Assembly: GCA_964016885.1 (NCBI GenBank)
Contig: OZ024740.1
Location: 177,444,001-177,508,000 of the forward strand
Reading direction: 5' to 3'
Length of the DNA stretch: 64,000 nt
Origin: Eledone cirrhosa
Lineage: Eukaryota
Shown here: in pieces, positions 29,320 to 44,865 of the stretch
Layout: the number at the start of each line of letters is the position of its first letter
Numbering within the stretch: position 1 is the first letter of the stretch
Made by a program: the position numbers and the translations under genes
The notes under the pieces: model-generated
Seen by the model: the letters and a program-made list of their open reading frames with translations, nothing else
Databases searched by the model: none
Told to the model about the DNA's origin: nothing

Positions 29320-32300
29320 GAAGAACCCCTAGCCCTTGTCAGGGCATTCTCTAGGAGAAGGCATCTCAGGAAACTGGGTTAACTCCGACATAAAACCTGC
29401 GGCTCAGTAGTTACCGATGATGTTGATCTTTTCTTCTTTTCGGGTTATAGCTACTGTCGCTCAGAGAGTGGGATTGGCTCAGTGCACAGTCTTTCCTCAC
29501 TTTAAAAATATTCGTCACGCACAGGCATTGCACGAGTGCATTAATAATTATTAATAGTGTACTATTATTATTATTATTATTATTACTATTATTATTACTT
29601 TTTTTTTTTTTTTTCCAATTCAATGATGTTCCAGAACAATATAAAAGAGATAATTGGCAATTTAGGTTCTGGAACAAAAAAGATCATTGGCAATAAGGGC
29701 AGGGGCCCCAGGTTATCACAGCCTGGGCCCGCTCGTCATCGTGCCATTTTAATAGAGCCAAACAAGGCATTTAGTCTTGGCTGCTGGAACGTACGGACGC
29801 TGCTTGACAGGGATTCCTTGGGGCGTCCTGAACGAAGGACCGCTCTTGTTGCAAAGGAGCTTCGACGTTACGATCTCGACATCGTGGCTTTATCTGAGAT
29901 GAGGCTAGCTGGAGATGGTCATCTTACGGAATTTTGCGGAGAATATACATTCTTCTGGAAAGGAAGAGATGAAGGAACCAGAAGAGAGGCTGGGGTAGGA
30001 TTTGCTGTTAAGACTGTGCTTGTGAACAAATTAGAAGAATTCCCAGTAGGGATTAGTGAGCGTCTTATGTCCATGAGAGTTCCGCTGGACAAGAGAAGAT
30101 ATGCTACCCTGGTGAGTATGTATGCTCCAACTATGAGTTCTGTCGATGAGGAAAAGGTGTCCTTTTACCATGCCTTGAAAGGTGTTTTAAGAAATATCCC
30201 TCAGGCAGACAAATTCATCGTGCTTGGTGACATTAATGCTAGAGTGGGTAGGGATTTTAACACATGGAATGTAATCGGAAGGCATGGGCTGGGAAAGTGT
30301 AACAGCAATGGTATGCTCCTGCTGCAGATGTGTGAGGAGCTGGATCTGTGTGTTACCAGCACCATGTTCCAACAAAAGAACAAATTTAAGACTACATGGA
30401 TGCATCATGCATCTAAGGAATGGCATCTTTTGGACTACGTCCTTGTCAGGATGCGTGACAGACAGGATGTGCAGTGTGTTCGTGTTCTTCGTGGAGCTGA
30501 GTGCTGGACGGACCACCGCCTGGTACGCGCAAAAGTGAAACTAATCACTAAACGTAAAATCCGGGCTTCTGGTGTTGCCCTGCCCAAAAGATTGAATGTT
30601 GCTCGTCTTAAGGATAAAAATGTGAAGAGGACATTGGAAGAAGGGATGCAGGCTGCAGATCTTGGTGAGGATTGGCCGACCCTTAAAAAGTCGGTTTATG
30701 ATGTAGGCAGGCGTGTTCTGGGATTGGCGCAGAGGAAACATCAGGACTGGTTTGATGAGAATGATGTACATATAGAAGATTTGTTGGCTGATAAGAGGCG
30801 TGCTCTGTCACGCTACTTGACGGCAAAACCACAGGAGAGGAATACGTTACATGAGGAACCCAGGGATGTAAAATCACGTGTTAGGCGGAGTCTTTCTCAG
30901 ATGAAGGATCAGTGGTGGAGTGAGAAGGCTGGTGAGATACAAACTGCGTCTGAGTCCAATAACACAAAGCTGTTGTACAGTCTCTTGCGTGAGGTTTATG
31001 GACCGTCTTCTTCTCTGGTGACACCGCTTCGCAGCAAGGATGGCAAAGAACTTCTTCGTGACTCACAAGGAATTCTACGAAGGTGGCGAGAGCACTTTGA
31101 TGATCTTTTGAATCAGCCGTCTGTCGTCAGTGAAGATTTCCTCAATCTCATTCCAGAAGGTCCTGTGAAAGTAGCTCTCGCAGAACCTCCGACGCTTGTG
31201 GAGGTTGCAGTGGCTATTTCGAAGCTGAACAGTGGAAGATCTCCAGGTATGGATGGCATACATGCTGAGCTCCTACAATATGGTGGTGAGAGACTCCTGC
31301 AACATCTTCACTCTTTGTTTGGCAGGATATGGGCTAATGAATCCGTGCCTGAGGACTGGAGAGATGCAGTAATGGTGGTCTTGTACAAGGGAAAGGGTAA
31401 CAGGAACGATTGTGGGAACTACAGAGGTATATCATTGCTTTCTGTCGTAGGGAAAGGTTTATGTAGGGTGCTTCTGGACCGTCTGCTGACACACATTGCA
31501 GATTGTGTTCTTCCTGAAAGTCAATCTGGTGTTCGTGCTGGACGCGGCACTACTGATATGATCTTCTCAGCTAGACAGCTCCAGGAGAAGTGCATGGAAC
31601 AAGGCTTGGATCTATATCAGGTTTTTGTCGATCTGACAAAAGCTTTCGATACTGTTAACAGAGATGCATTATGGAAGGTTCTCCAGAAACTTGGTTGCCC
31701 TGATAAGTTCCTTGCTTTAGTTAGGTCTTTCCATGACGACATGAAGGCTTGGGTTAATGTCGGGGTTAACATGTCGGAGCCTATCTCAGTAAAAAATGGA
31801 GTGAAACAGGGGGATATTCCAGCACCGACCCTGTTTGCCATAAACTTTGCAATGGTTTTCTGTATTGCATTCAGGAATTGCGAGCATGGTGTTTACATCC
31901 GATATCGAACCTCAGGCAGCATATTTAACATCAGGCGCTTTGCTGCGAAGACAAAAGTATTTACATCAATCATAAGAGACCTCTTGTATGCAGATGATTG
32001 CATACTTGTAGCGCACACAGAGAGTGATATGCAGCACATTTTGAATGCATTTTCTGACGCTTGCACTGCCCTAGGTCTGACTGTCAGTCTCAAGAAAACC
32101 GTCGTCATGTACGAACCTGCGCCTGGTAAGCAGTACACTGAACCAAACATCTATGTGTATGGCAAACGACTTGGAGTGGTTGATCAGTTTGTCTACCTGG
32201 GAAGCACTGTTAATCGATACAGCAACCTTGACAGTGAAATCTCACTTAGGATTAGGAAAGCAAGTGATGCTTTCGGAAGGCTAGAAAGGCGACTCTGGGG

Positions 32301-33170
32301 TCGGCGAGACATATGCAGGAGAACAAAGGTAAAGGTGTACAGGGCATGTGTGCTCTCTTGTCTTCTTTATGCCTGCGAGACCTGGGTCACATATCGACAC
32401 CACCTTAAGCAATTGGAGCGTTTCCATCAATGTGTCTCAGACGGATCCATGGCGTTCACTGGAGGGACCACATCAGTGATGTCGAGATTTTGGAAAGCTC
32501 TATGTGTGACAGTATAGAAGCTCTTGTGCTTAAGCAATGACTCCGTTGGAGTGGTCTCCTTGCCAGGATGAAGGATTCTAGAATACCAAAACAACTCTTT
32601 TATGGAGAGTTGGTTAAAGGAAAATGACCGCCACATAAACCAAGAAAGAGGTATAAGGATTCCTTGAAAGCCTCTCTGAAAGACGCTAACGTCTCTGCTG
32701 ATACATGGGAAAATATTGCTGCTGATGGTAATAAATGGAGAAAGACTGTATATGAGGGAAAAGTTGCCTTTGAGGCATCTCGAATCGCATACGAGAAAGT
32801 AAAGCGGGATGTGAGGAAGGGCATTGCTGTTGCACTTCCAGACGGCGAGGGTCCTCCTATGGTGCTGACATGCAGCGTATGTGCGAGACTCTGCCTAAGC
32901 AAAGCTGGACTCGAAAGTCATCTTCGCAGTCATAAACTAAGACCAGTGGTTGACTACCAGGCTGCTGTTGGAGATGCTCCTCATCATGCTTGCCAAGCAT
33001 GTGGTAGAGAATGTAAATCAGCAGGAGGGCTCAAGCGACATGCAAAAGTACACGAACTCCAACCACAGCCGACTATTCCCAGTGAATGTTTTGGTTGCCG
33101 GCTCTGTGCAAGACATTTTAGATCATTGGCTGGGCTAAAAAGCCACATTCGATCGCAGCGCTGTTAGTTG
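29320..33170 (+). mobile_element. Near full-length RTE-clade LINE (5' UTR, APE-RT ORF, three C2H2 fingers)
   Basis: Long open frame with APE and RT motifs; frameshifts and stops only near the 3' end; the 3' end runs into (TG)n. Confidence 0.92.
29623..33167 (+). pseudogene. RTE ORF (APE endonuclease, reverse transcriptase, triple C2H2 zinc finger), disrupted at about 32430-32630
   Basis: LGCWNVRT, ALSEMR, SMYAPT, LGDINARVG, WTDHRLV, NYRGISLLS, VFVDLTKAFD, GVKQG, LLYADD, FVYLGS; the continuation 32664-33167 holds three CxxC..H motifs. Confidence 0.88.
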
Positions 33171-33304
33171 CTATCGTGTGTGTGTGTGTAGATATGCTTA
33201 TGTGTGTGCGTGTGTGTGTATATATATATGTATATGTATACTATTATTGTTGTTGTCGTTATTATTATTGTTGTTATTATTATTATTATTATTATTGTTA
33301 TTAA

Positions 33305-33393
<89 letters not shown>

Positions 33394-34333
33394 TGTGTGT
33401 ATGTATATATATATATATATATTTCTTCTTTTTTTTTCTTTTTATTTATTTATTATTATTATTTTATTTTTTTCTCGTACAATGGCCATACTCGATAACG
33501 AGGGGGCAGCCATCATGTATCTATGTATGTATGTATGTATGTATGTATGTATGTATGTATGTATGTATGTATGTATGTATGTATGTATGTATATTCTTCT
33601 GGTTTTATAATTTCACAAAGTTTTACCAATAGAGAGAGAGTCGGTTTCTAACATAGACACAGGACTCTCTCATTGGAATTTACACAACATCAACTAGGTA
33701 GATATGTATGTATGCATGCATGTGTAGATATGGATGTTATTGTATGTGTGGATGTGTATGTTTTGAGTTGTATGTGTGCATGTGTATATGCTTTGTATCT
33801 GTATATTTGTATATGCAGTTATTATATGCAAAACTTTTGGAATGTTTTACATATTTTTACTGTTCCATTAATGGATTGTACTTGTAATTTCCTAACTAGT
33901 TGTGTTCTTTCTGTTCCTGTGAAGCCCAGCTTCTCAAGATTGTATTGAGGCAGTTACTAACATACCCCAGTGCCCCAATAATCACATTTGAATGATATGA
34001 TATAATAATTGTTTCTACTTTTGGCACAAGGCCAGCAATTAACCAGTAGATTACTGGTACTTTATTTTATCGATCCCATAAGGATGAAAGGCAAAGTTAA
34101 CCTCGGCGGGATAATAATGAATCGCATTGATGTTTGATTTTGGTTCGGTTCTCTTTTATTTAATTGTTAAGTTAATGGTTATTTAAAGAGATTGATTTTC
34201 CTAGATTGTAGGTACTGCATATGTGTGTGGAGATAGGGGTGGGGTATGGCTACGTAGGCAAAAAGGTTGTTTCAGAATGATGCATTTCAGGATTCGATCT
34301 CACTTTGCGTTATTTTTGCCAAAATATATATCT

Positions 34334-34444
<111 letters not shown>

Positions 34445-34591
34445 GGTAAGTTATTCCGGGTTGTAAGGTACTCATACATAGCAGAGCGCATATATATATA
34501 GGTAAGTTACTTACTGTGGTTACCTCCGATTCAACCCGGAATAACTTACCTATATATATATATATCTATATACAGAGAGAGAGAGAGATGA

Positions 34592-34661
<70 letters not shown>

Positions 34662-34664
<3 letters not shown>

Positions 34665-34832
34665 GAATTAAAAATAGAAGTTAGGAATATCCGTCATCAG
34701 TTGTCTACTAGTCATCATAAGTATTTCTTGAAGAAATAGTAGACAGCTGATGGCGGATATTCCTAACTTCTATTCCTAACTTCTAATTCTTCATTTATTA
34801 TACTTAAATACAACACAGCTCGCCAATTTTGA

Positions 34833-34836
<4 letters not shown>
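34662..34836. repeat. Foldback cassette in (TA)n
   Basis: tagaagttaggaatatccgtcatcagttgtctacta mirrors tagtagacagctgatggcggatattcctaacttcta; 3' tail follows. Confidence 0.65.
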
Positions 34837-34881
<45 letters not shown>

Positions 34882-34918
34882 TTGCGAGGTTTTTGATATG
34901 AAATCGTGTGTCGAAACA

Positions 34919-35805
<887 letters not shown>

Positions 35806-36570
35806 CTCTCATGCTATCAGGCTAGATATTTACATCTATATATATGTGTTTCTGTTTTTCTGTTTGTCGGTCTGTCTGTCAGTAATTATGTGTGAGTATG
35901 CGATTATATTTCCCAATGTACTTTTTATTTTTTAAGTGAATAAAAAGTTGATGGCGATTAGAAACTTAGCTTCTGTTACTAACAGGTCGATCGAAATGTT
36001 ATGACACCTTCTTTTTGGTCAGTCTTTAGGAACTTTATAAAATTAATAAGTTTATTTACAGTGCTTTAATCAAATCGGCATGTGTGGGTCTAAAGAAGCC
36101 ACCCCAAATATTCAGCATGATAACAGAGTTCCACGACCATCTCTGATCGCCATAATTTACAGATTCACGTTATAACTAAGGAGTAGGAAAGGCAGTATAA
36201 ACTGTGCAACAGTCTGTGCACCCAACATCAAACACTTTATCACTAACATGGTATCAACCATTAAGTAGGCTGGTAACATTTCTCAGTCACTAACGACACC
36301 TATCGTTATTCTAAGGGTTTCAACGAGTTGACTGTGGCTAAGCTGGAGCAGCACGTTTCTGGGCTACAGTAGATTACTTCGGACTCGGCATTTGTTTTAT
36401 CAACATCAAAGAGATCAAAGGCGGCATTTAAATTTAGGACGCAAAGGAAAGAGTTAATATTTAGGTGTTTTATATTTTTAGATTGATTTGCAAGATTATA
36501 TCAAATGAACCACAAAGTTGTGCACGTATGCATATATGTATGTATATTTGTGTATATAATATATATATAT

Positions 36571-36745
36571 AATTGTTTCTACTTTTAGCACAAGGTCAGT
36601 AATTATAACCAGTGCATTACTGGTACTTTATTTTATCGACCCCGCAAGGATGAAAGGCAAAGTTAACCTCGGCGGGATTTGAACTCAGACCATAAATGGC
36701 CGTAACTCTTTGTGTCAAAGTATGGCGTCCGACCCTCTACCGATA
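36571..36745 (-). mobile_element. SINE family S1
   Basis: Matches 10640-10831. Confidence 0.85.
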
Positions 36746-36915
36746 TATAATGATAATAAATAGGGAACAAAGAAACAGTATTGCATCATATAAATATTTA
36801 ATTACATATTACATACGTTTCACTACCGATCAGCTCGAGGAACGATTGCATTATGTTCGTTCCTGACTCTGGAATCGGAAGCTCCTCAGATATGTTTTCA
36901 CATGTAGACTCACGT

Positions 36916-36951
<36 letters not shown>

Positions 36952-36955
<4 letters not shown>

Positions 36956-37082
36956 GGAAAAAATGAAACGAAATTTCATCTCATTTCCCACTCTTAGTAC
37001 GGCTGTTACTTAAATATAAGTATGTACACGTACATACACATATGTATACAGACGTACAGTAGTATGTATATATACATACATG

Positions 37083-37113
<31 letters not shown>

Positions 37114-37178
37114 GTACGTATGGATTCACCGAACATTTATTATAATGCTCGGTGTGTTTCTTTACAAACACACCGAGC

Positions 37179-37180
<2 letters not shown>
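36952..37180 (-). mobile_element. Family-F truncated copy ending in a short foldback
   Basis: Homologous to 37925-38110; atgctcggtgtgttt..aaacacaccgagcat hairpin at the truncation point. Confidence 0.7.
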
Positions 37181-37224
<44 letters not shown>

Positions 37225-37225
<1 letters not shown>

Positions 37226-37420
37226 ATTTAATATAGAAATAGCTTCTACAGTACATGAACTGTTTCATTCGAAGAAAATCATATGGAAAGCCCTGATGAT
37301 TTCTTTCGAATGAAACAGTTCTAGTCTTGTAGAAGCCATTTCTATATTAAACGTTGTATATATTTTACTATGTATTGAGTATCTTACTTACTAGGGTTAC
37401 CCTCAATTGAACTCGGGACG
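37225..37420 (+). mobile_element. Family-E foldback cassette
   Basis: CTGATGA at 37293-37299, GAAAC at 37312; inverted arms; tail homologous to 21794-21860. Confidence 0.7.
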
Positions 37421-37444
37421 CTCTCTCTCTCTCTCCCTCACTCA

Positions 37445-37535
<91 letters not shown>

Positions 37536-37809
37536 TTATATATATATATATAGCGAGTGAGAGAGAGAGAGAGAAAGGGAGAGAGCGAGAGAGAGAAAGA
37601 GAGAGAGAGAGAGGGGGAGAGAGAGAGAGAATCAAACACATTCACATACAATGCAATGAAGCGTTTACGGGCAAGGCCAAATGATTAAACTTTCAAGAAT
37701 CCCGGCTGTCAAATAAAAGTAAAGTGGATATGAGATGGATAGCTATGCCAGGTGCAGTTGGATCAACAAAGCTATTGTGACGATTGCTATCGTCCAACGA
37801 ACCAAACTG

Positions 37810-37855
<46 letters not shown>

Positions 37856-37856
37856 C

Positions 37857-37904
<48 letters not shown>

Positions 37905-37924
37905 AACACACATATATATATATA

Positions 37925-38271
37925 TAAACGGAAAAAATGAAACGAAATTTCATTTCTCACTCTTAGTACGGCTGTTACTTAAATATAAGTATGTATACGT
38001 ACATACATATATGTATACAGTAGTATGTATATATATACATACATGCACACATATATATATGTACGTATGGATTTACCGAACATTTATTATAATGCTCGGT
38101 GTGTTTGTAAATAAACATCCCGAATTAAGCCGTACAGTGTTTAGCAACCATCGTTGCCCTTTTGTTCAACACTCACAAAGAACGATGTACTAGTTTCAAG
38201 CTTATTAGCTATCGTCAGCACCGTATACCTTCCTGCTAGATGATTGAACGTCTGAAAGTATATACTTTCCT

Positions 38272-38275
<4 letters not shown>
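37925..38275 (-). mobile_element. Family-F hammerhead cassette in (TA)n
   Basis: Homologous to 17744-18168 with permuted block order. Confidence 0.75.
38183..38223 (-). ncRNA. Minimal type-I hammerhead ribozyme with intact core
   Basis: Minus: cggtg-CTGACGA-t-agct-aata-agct-t-GAAA-CTAG-TA|catcg; 5-bp stem I, 4-bp stem II, palindromic CUAG, GUA site. Confidence 0.78.
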
Positions 38276-38325
<50 letters not shown>

Positions 38326-38585
38326 TAAAATATATATATATATATATATATATATTGGTAAAATATATATATATTGGTAAACAAATTGTTCACAGTGAAA
38401 AATAGTTTAATTAGGAATAAGTGAGAATTAGTAATAGTATTGGTTAGTATTCAGTTTTGGTTTTAAGTTTTACCGGTTGCGCATTTCTAATGCTTTTCAA
38501 AAATAATTTTGAGATAGAGCGTCCGTGATGTTTGCTCTAATCTGTGCATTTTTCAGGTCTAGTATATATATATATATATATATAT

Positions 38586-39694
38586 ACTAGACCTGAAAAA
38601 TGCGCAAGTTCAAAAGAGCCACAAAATGTTATAATAAACCTTCAAAAGTGTGGGACTAGAGTTGTTACTCAAAAATATTGTAATCATTATCTATCGTACA
38701 TTCTGTGGCATTCTTTATAAAAATATCACAATAAATACATCTATGTTTAATGTAATAACAGCTATAAATAATTACTTAATATTATTATCATATACTCATA
38801 GTAACAAAATAATTGTCTTGAAAATTAATATGATGCTTATATGAACGATCAAATCTATAATAATAATTTTATAAATATAGTAATATTAAAATAATTTAGT
38901 TATATATTGTTATATTTTCATCGAACTATAACATTAACAATCGTATTGTGTCATCACATTTTTATCACTGCAAACTTTCATATTGGAATTACCTTAAGCC
39001 ACTTATCATTACTTCGCTTTCGTACTTTTACAGATGTAGATATTCGGCTGTATCTTATATCTAATATCATGATCTCATGGTAATTTGCATGCAGTGTAAA
39101 ATAGGTTTATTAATAACTTTAATATGAAATGTATTATACAGGGCTGCGGAGTCGGCCAAATATTGATTGGCTCCACCTCCGGATCCGATACTCCATTATT
39201 TCCTAAATTTCGGCTCCGCAGCCCTGTTATTATAATAATTTATTTATTTTATAGCTGTAAATCATATTTTTATATGTGACACTCTAAAATGAACTAAGTG
39301 AAATATTGTAAAAAGAAAGGCATGGTTGGTTTAAGCTAATGTCCAATATCTCATATTAGATGTTTAGTAATGATTAATACGAAATGCACTTAAACCGAAT
39401 TCTATATTATAAATTCACTTAATTAATTATCGTGTCGTCTTGAGTTCCTTATGAGTCTCAGATTTTATAAAAAGGAGACTATGAGTATATGATAATAATA
39501 TTACGTATTTATTTATAGCTGTTATTACATTAAACATAGATGTATTTATTGTAATATTTTTATAAAGAATTCCACAGAATGTACGATAGATAATGATTAC
39601 AATATTTTTGAGCAACAACTCTAGTCCCACACATTTGAATGTTTATTATAACATTCTGTGGCTCTTTTGAGGTTGCGCATTTTTCAGGTCTAGT
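38586..39694. mobile_element. Non-autonomous DNA element with terminal inverted repeats of about 215 bp
   Basis: 38586-38802 mirrors 39477-39694 (near-identical ORF translations MGLELLLKNIVIIIYRTFCG on opposite strands); termini actagacctgaaaaatgcgc. Confidence 0.75.
39139..39226. mobile_element. 88-bp hAT-like MITE nested in the TIR element
   Basis: TIR cagggctgcggag / ctccgcagccctg; 8-bp flanks gtattata / ttattata. Confidence 0.7.
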
Positions 39695-40249
39695 TTAATA
39701 TTTTTTTAAGGCAACGCTTGTAATAACTCTAGTTAAACATGATATATATTAATAATAAATTATCGTTGTAATGTAATTAGATTATATAATTGTTATTATA
39801 AATGATCTTATAAATATTAGTGTAAGATGTATAAAAATACTTTCAGACTTTTAATATAAACAACAACAAAAAACAATCAATATTAAATCAATATATTATA
39901 CATAATATAAAATATAAAATAAATAAACAATATAAAAATAAAATATTTACATACAATTGCAATTATCAGTCTATATAAATTTTCTTCTGATCAATTTTCC
40001 CTGATCAAATTAATGAGATTTGTTCTTATTGCACATAATTTGATGACTTTTTGGTGTGTATTAAAGAATAACAACAATTTGTGATTAAATTGTTATCTTA
40101 AGCTACTCTCTTTTTAATTGTTGTTGGCTGAGTGAAATTGGAAGAGCCTATGAGCAAATATTTTAAAAAATACACAAACTACATTTCCCTGTATTGTTGC
40201 AACATTAGATAAAATAATTGAGCAATGTCGTTCTTATTGCACATTAATA

Positions 40250-40415
40250 GTGTTTCTATTTGTCGGCACAAAGCCATTACCGCAGTCCATTACTGGTACT
40301 TTATTTTATTGAACTGGTAAGGATGAAAGGGAAAGTTAACCTCGGCGGGATTTGAACTTAGAACACAAAGAGCCATAACAATGTGCAAAGAATGGTGCTT
40401 GACGCTCTACCAATA
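40250..40415 (-). mobile_element. SINE family S1, diverged
   Basis: ttactggtactttattttat..aaagttaacctcggcgggatttgaact. Confidence 0.75.
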
Positions 40416-41467
40416 CTTGTGTTGAGCTGGTCACCAATTTGTGGTGGTTGTGAGTGGAGTAGAACAACAAGCGCTAGTCGAAATAGTATGAACAAAACAT
40501 TTTTATTTGTCGAAGAACATATTTTCAATACTGTTTGTGAATGGGCATCTACTTATAGTAACAGTGTATTACTGGTACTTTATTTTATCGACCCCGTAAG
40601 GATAAAAGGTAAAGTTAATACTGACAGTAATGCAAATGTGTAATAGTGAAAATTGAAGGGAAATAACTCGTCTCTCAACTGTATTTATACATTTTAACTG
40701 AAACATCAATATTACACATTCGATTTGAAATTGTTTTTGACCGATCTCTCCGCTGGAGCTTAATCTATAAGTTTAGATGTGTGGCAACCGTTTTAGTAGA
40801 GAGACAGACAGACAGACAACCTCAGTTTTATATATATATATACATATCAAAGATTTTTAAACGCGTGTGACACAAATTTTTACAATATTTTTAGAAAAAT
40901 TATTTTTACAAATATTTACAAACAAAGTGCAGTTTGTATTACAATCGGAACTCTGCCTATACTCGATTGCAATATATAAAGAGGAACAAGATACAAAGAT
41001 ATATTTCTTTATTTGGCACAAGGGCGAAGAAAAATGGGACATTACAGAACATGAATATACGCTATTTTGAAGTGTTTAAACATTTTTTACAAACAAAAAT
41101 TTAGTATCGTTTTGTACAAACGATAAATTTTAAAATATTTGTACAAACTTTTACGATAGACTTTCATCTTATCTATTGACCGCCTAACCCTAACCCTAAC
41201 GCCAATATATTACATTTGTTTTAAAAATAGTTAATATAAATTTAAAAAAATCATATAACGACGAAATAACAAAAATAAATTAACTAGGAAAACAAACAAA
41301 AAGCATGGCGGATGGTTTTGAGCAACACTTACTCAGATTGGTTGAAAATTAGCATGTAATCACCACTGCCACGGCCAGACCTTGAAAAAAAAATTGACGA
41401 TCTACACATATATGTTAGAACACTAAAGTGACTAAAACATTCTGTTGTTAGTCACTTCGTGTCTAAC

Positions 41468-42539
<1,072 letters not shown>

Positions 42540-42792
42540 GGCGCATGGCTTAGTGGTTAGAGCATTGGGCTTGCTATCGAAAGGTTGTGAGTTCAATTCT
42601 CGACCGGGTGATGTGTTGTTTCCTTGAGCAAGACATTTATTTCACATTGCTCCAGTTTACTCAGCTGTGGAAATCAAGCCAGAATCAGTTCCTGTGTGAG
42701 CAAGACAAGGTCAGCCGACCGGACACTGCCCACAACAGGACAACCCGTCTAACCCATGCTAACGTGGAAGAACGGACGTGAAACGGTGATGA

Positions 42793-42795
<3 letters not shown>
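42540..42795 (+). mobile_element. tRNA-derived SINE S2 with an RTE-like 3' end and (GAT)n tail
   Basis: Head as at 12397; ends acccatgctaacgtggaagaacggacgtgaaacggtgatgatga. Confidence 0.75.
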
Positions 42796-42830
<35 letters not shown>

Positions 42831-43001
42831 TAACTTATGCCAAAATCTCCATTAGTGGGGATACAAGCCAAACTAATATAAATGAGTCTCGTATGTATAT
42901 TGTCCCTAACTTCTCTTTCTGGAATTAAGAAGCAATATTAATTATCCTAATAAATTATGAGAATTGTGATGTCCAGTATATTACAGACAAATAAATTATT
43001 G

Positions 43002-43034
<33 letters not shown>

Positions 43035-43120
43035 CGCGTGTGTGTGTGTGTGCGAGCGTGTGTGTGTGTTGGTGGGTTTGTGCGTCTATGATTATTTCTT
43101 CCTTCTTTCTTTCTCCCCCC

Positions 43121-43166
<46 letters not shown>

Positions 43167-43474
43167 CCTTGGTAATCCGTTAGCAGGTAAGTATCCGTAA
43201 ACTTAAGAAAGTTAACAAAGAAAGGACAAGACAACGAACGGAAACAAAACGAAAAACAATTTTTATGGGGAAACCTTAAAAAATTATTTTTTTAAAGATA
43301 GATTAAGATAATATACGAATGAAGGACACAGAGCACCATGGTTATCAGCCGTTCAGATGGACGTGGGTAGTTTCGACTAATAACAACGGTACTGCTGGTC
43401 GATCCGGGGTGACACCGTCTGACACAAGCGAAACGCTATCGAAAGGAGACGGCAGACAAAATATTAATTTATAG

Positions 43475-43645
43475 CAGTTAGGGTCGGACGCCATGCTTTG
43501 CAGCATAGAGTTACGGTCCTTACGGTCTAACTCCAAATCCCGCCGAGGTTAACTTTGCCTTTCATCCTTATAGGGTCGATAAAATAAAGTACCAGTAATG
43601 CACTGGGATAATTGATGGCCGTGTGCCAAAAGTAGAAACAATTAA
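43475..43645 (+). mobile_element. SINE family S1
   Basis: Matches 10640-10831. Confidence 0.85.
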
Positions 43646-43704
43646 TTTATAGGTCGTTAAGCTATAAAACACACGCGCACACACACACACACACACACAC
43701 ACAA

Positions 43705-43743
<39 letters not shown>

Positions 43744-44404
43744 TATACATATATGCGCATGAACCCACACACACACACATATATATATATACATATATGC
43801 GCATGAACCCACACACAAATGTATCTCAATCCAATCCTCATCACCACTCGTCCACCATCAATTAATTACTTTTTCCTCAACAGTCCTAAATATCAAACAA
43901 AGACACGTGACCTGTCCAGACTGCTTGTGAAGGCTGCGGCGTCAAGTCATTGTGGTTAATTCTAATGGATGTGTTTGTTGTTCTTGTGCTTTAGTCTTTT
44001 TTTCTAAGATGGCTTCAGTCAACAGAAGATTTAGACATAGACAGTGACGTTGGTTATGGTGATTCTGTTGGTGATTCTGTTGGTGGTGGTCGTAAGGAAA
44101 TATCTGCGTAGTGACTCACCTAGTTAGAAATAGCAGTAACATACCCTACAGGTGTTACGAAAGGTATTACACAGCGCAGTCAGACACAGACACACACATG
44201 TATGTATGTATATTCATTTTATTATAGAAATGACTTATACAGGACTAGAACTGTTTCATTCGTAATAAATCATCAGGAAAGTGTGTGTGTGTGTATATTA
44301 AGATGCCTTCAATCAACAGAAGATTTTGACATAGACAGTGATGTTGGTTATGGTGATTCTGTTGGTGGTTTTGTTGGTGGTGGTCTTGGTGGTAGTCGTG
44401 ATAA

Positions 44405-44590
44405 TAATTGTTTCTACCTTTGGCACAAGGCACAAGGCCACCAATTACTGGTACTTTATTTTATCGACCCCGTAAGGATGAAAGGCAAAGTTAACCTCGG
44501 CAGGATTTGAACTCAGATCAGAAAGGGGCGTAACTCTGTGCTGCAAGGCATGTTGTCCGACCCTCTACCGATACTGCCAAACCACCGCCG
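44405..44590 (-). mobile_element. SINE family S1
   Basis: Matches 10640-10831. Confidence 0.8.
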
Positions 44591-44706
44591 TCTGCCAAAC
44601 CACCATGATAATAATAATAATAATATTAGTAGTAGTGGCAGCAGCAACAACATCAACAGCAGTAATAGTAGCAGCAACAGCAACAACAACAACAGCCGCA
44701 GCAGTG

Positions 44707-44767
<61 letters not shown>

Positions 44768-44819
44768 CAGCAGCAGAAGCAGCAGTAGCCAGAGTAGTAG
44801 CTGCACTAGCAGCAACAGC

Positions 44820-44865
<46 letters not shown>

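Noticed and set aside
32664-33167. Stand-alone C2H2 zinc-finger gene
   Set aside because: It is the frameshifted C-terminal continuation of the RTE ORF.
41183-41200. Telomeric (CCCTAA)3
   Set aside because: Too short and interstitial; such runs are common inside transposon-derived repeats.
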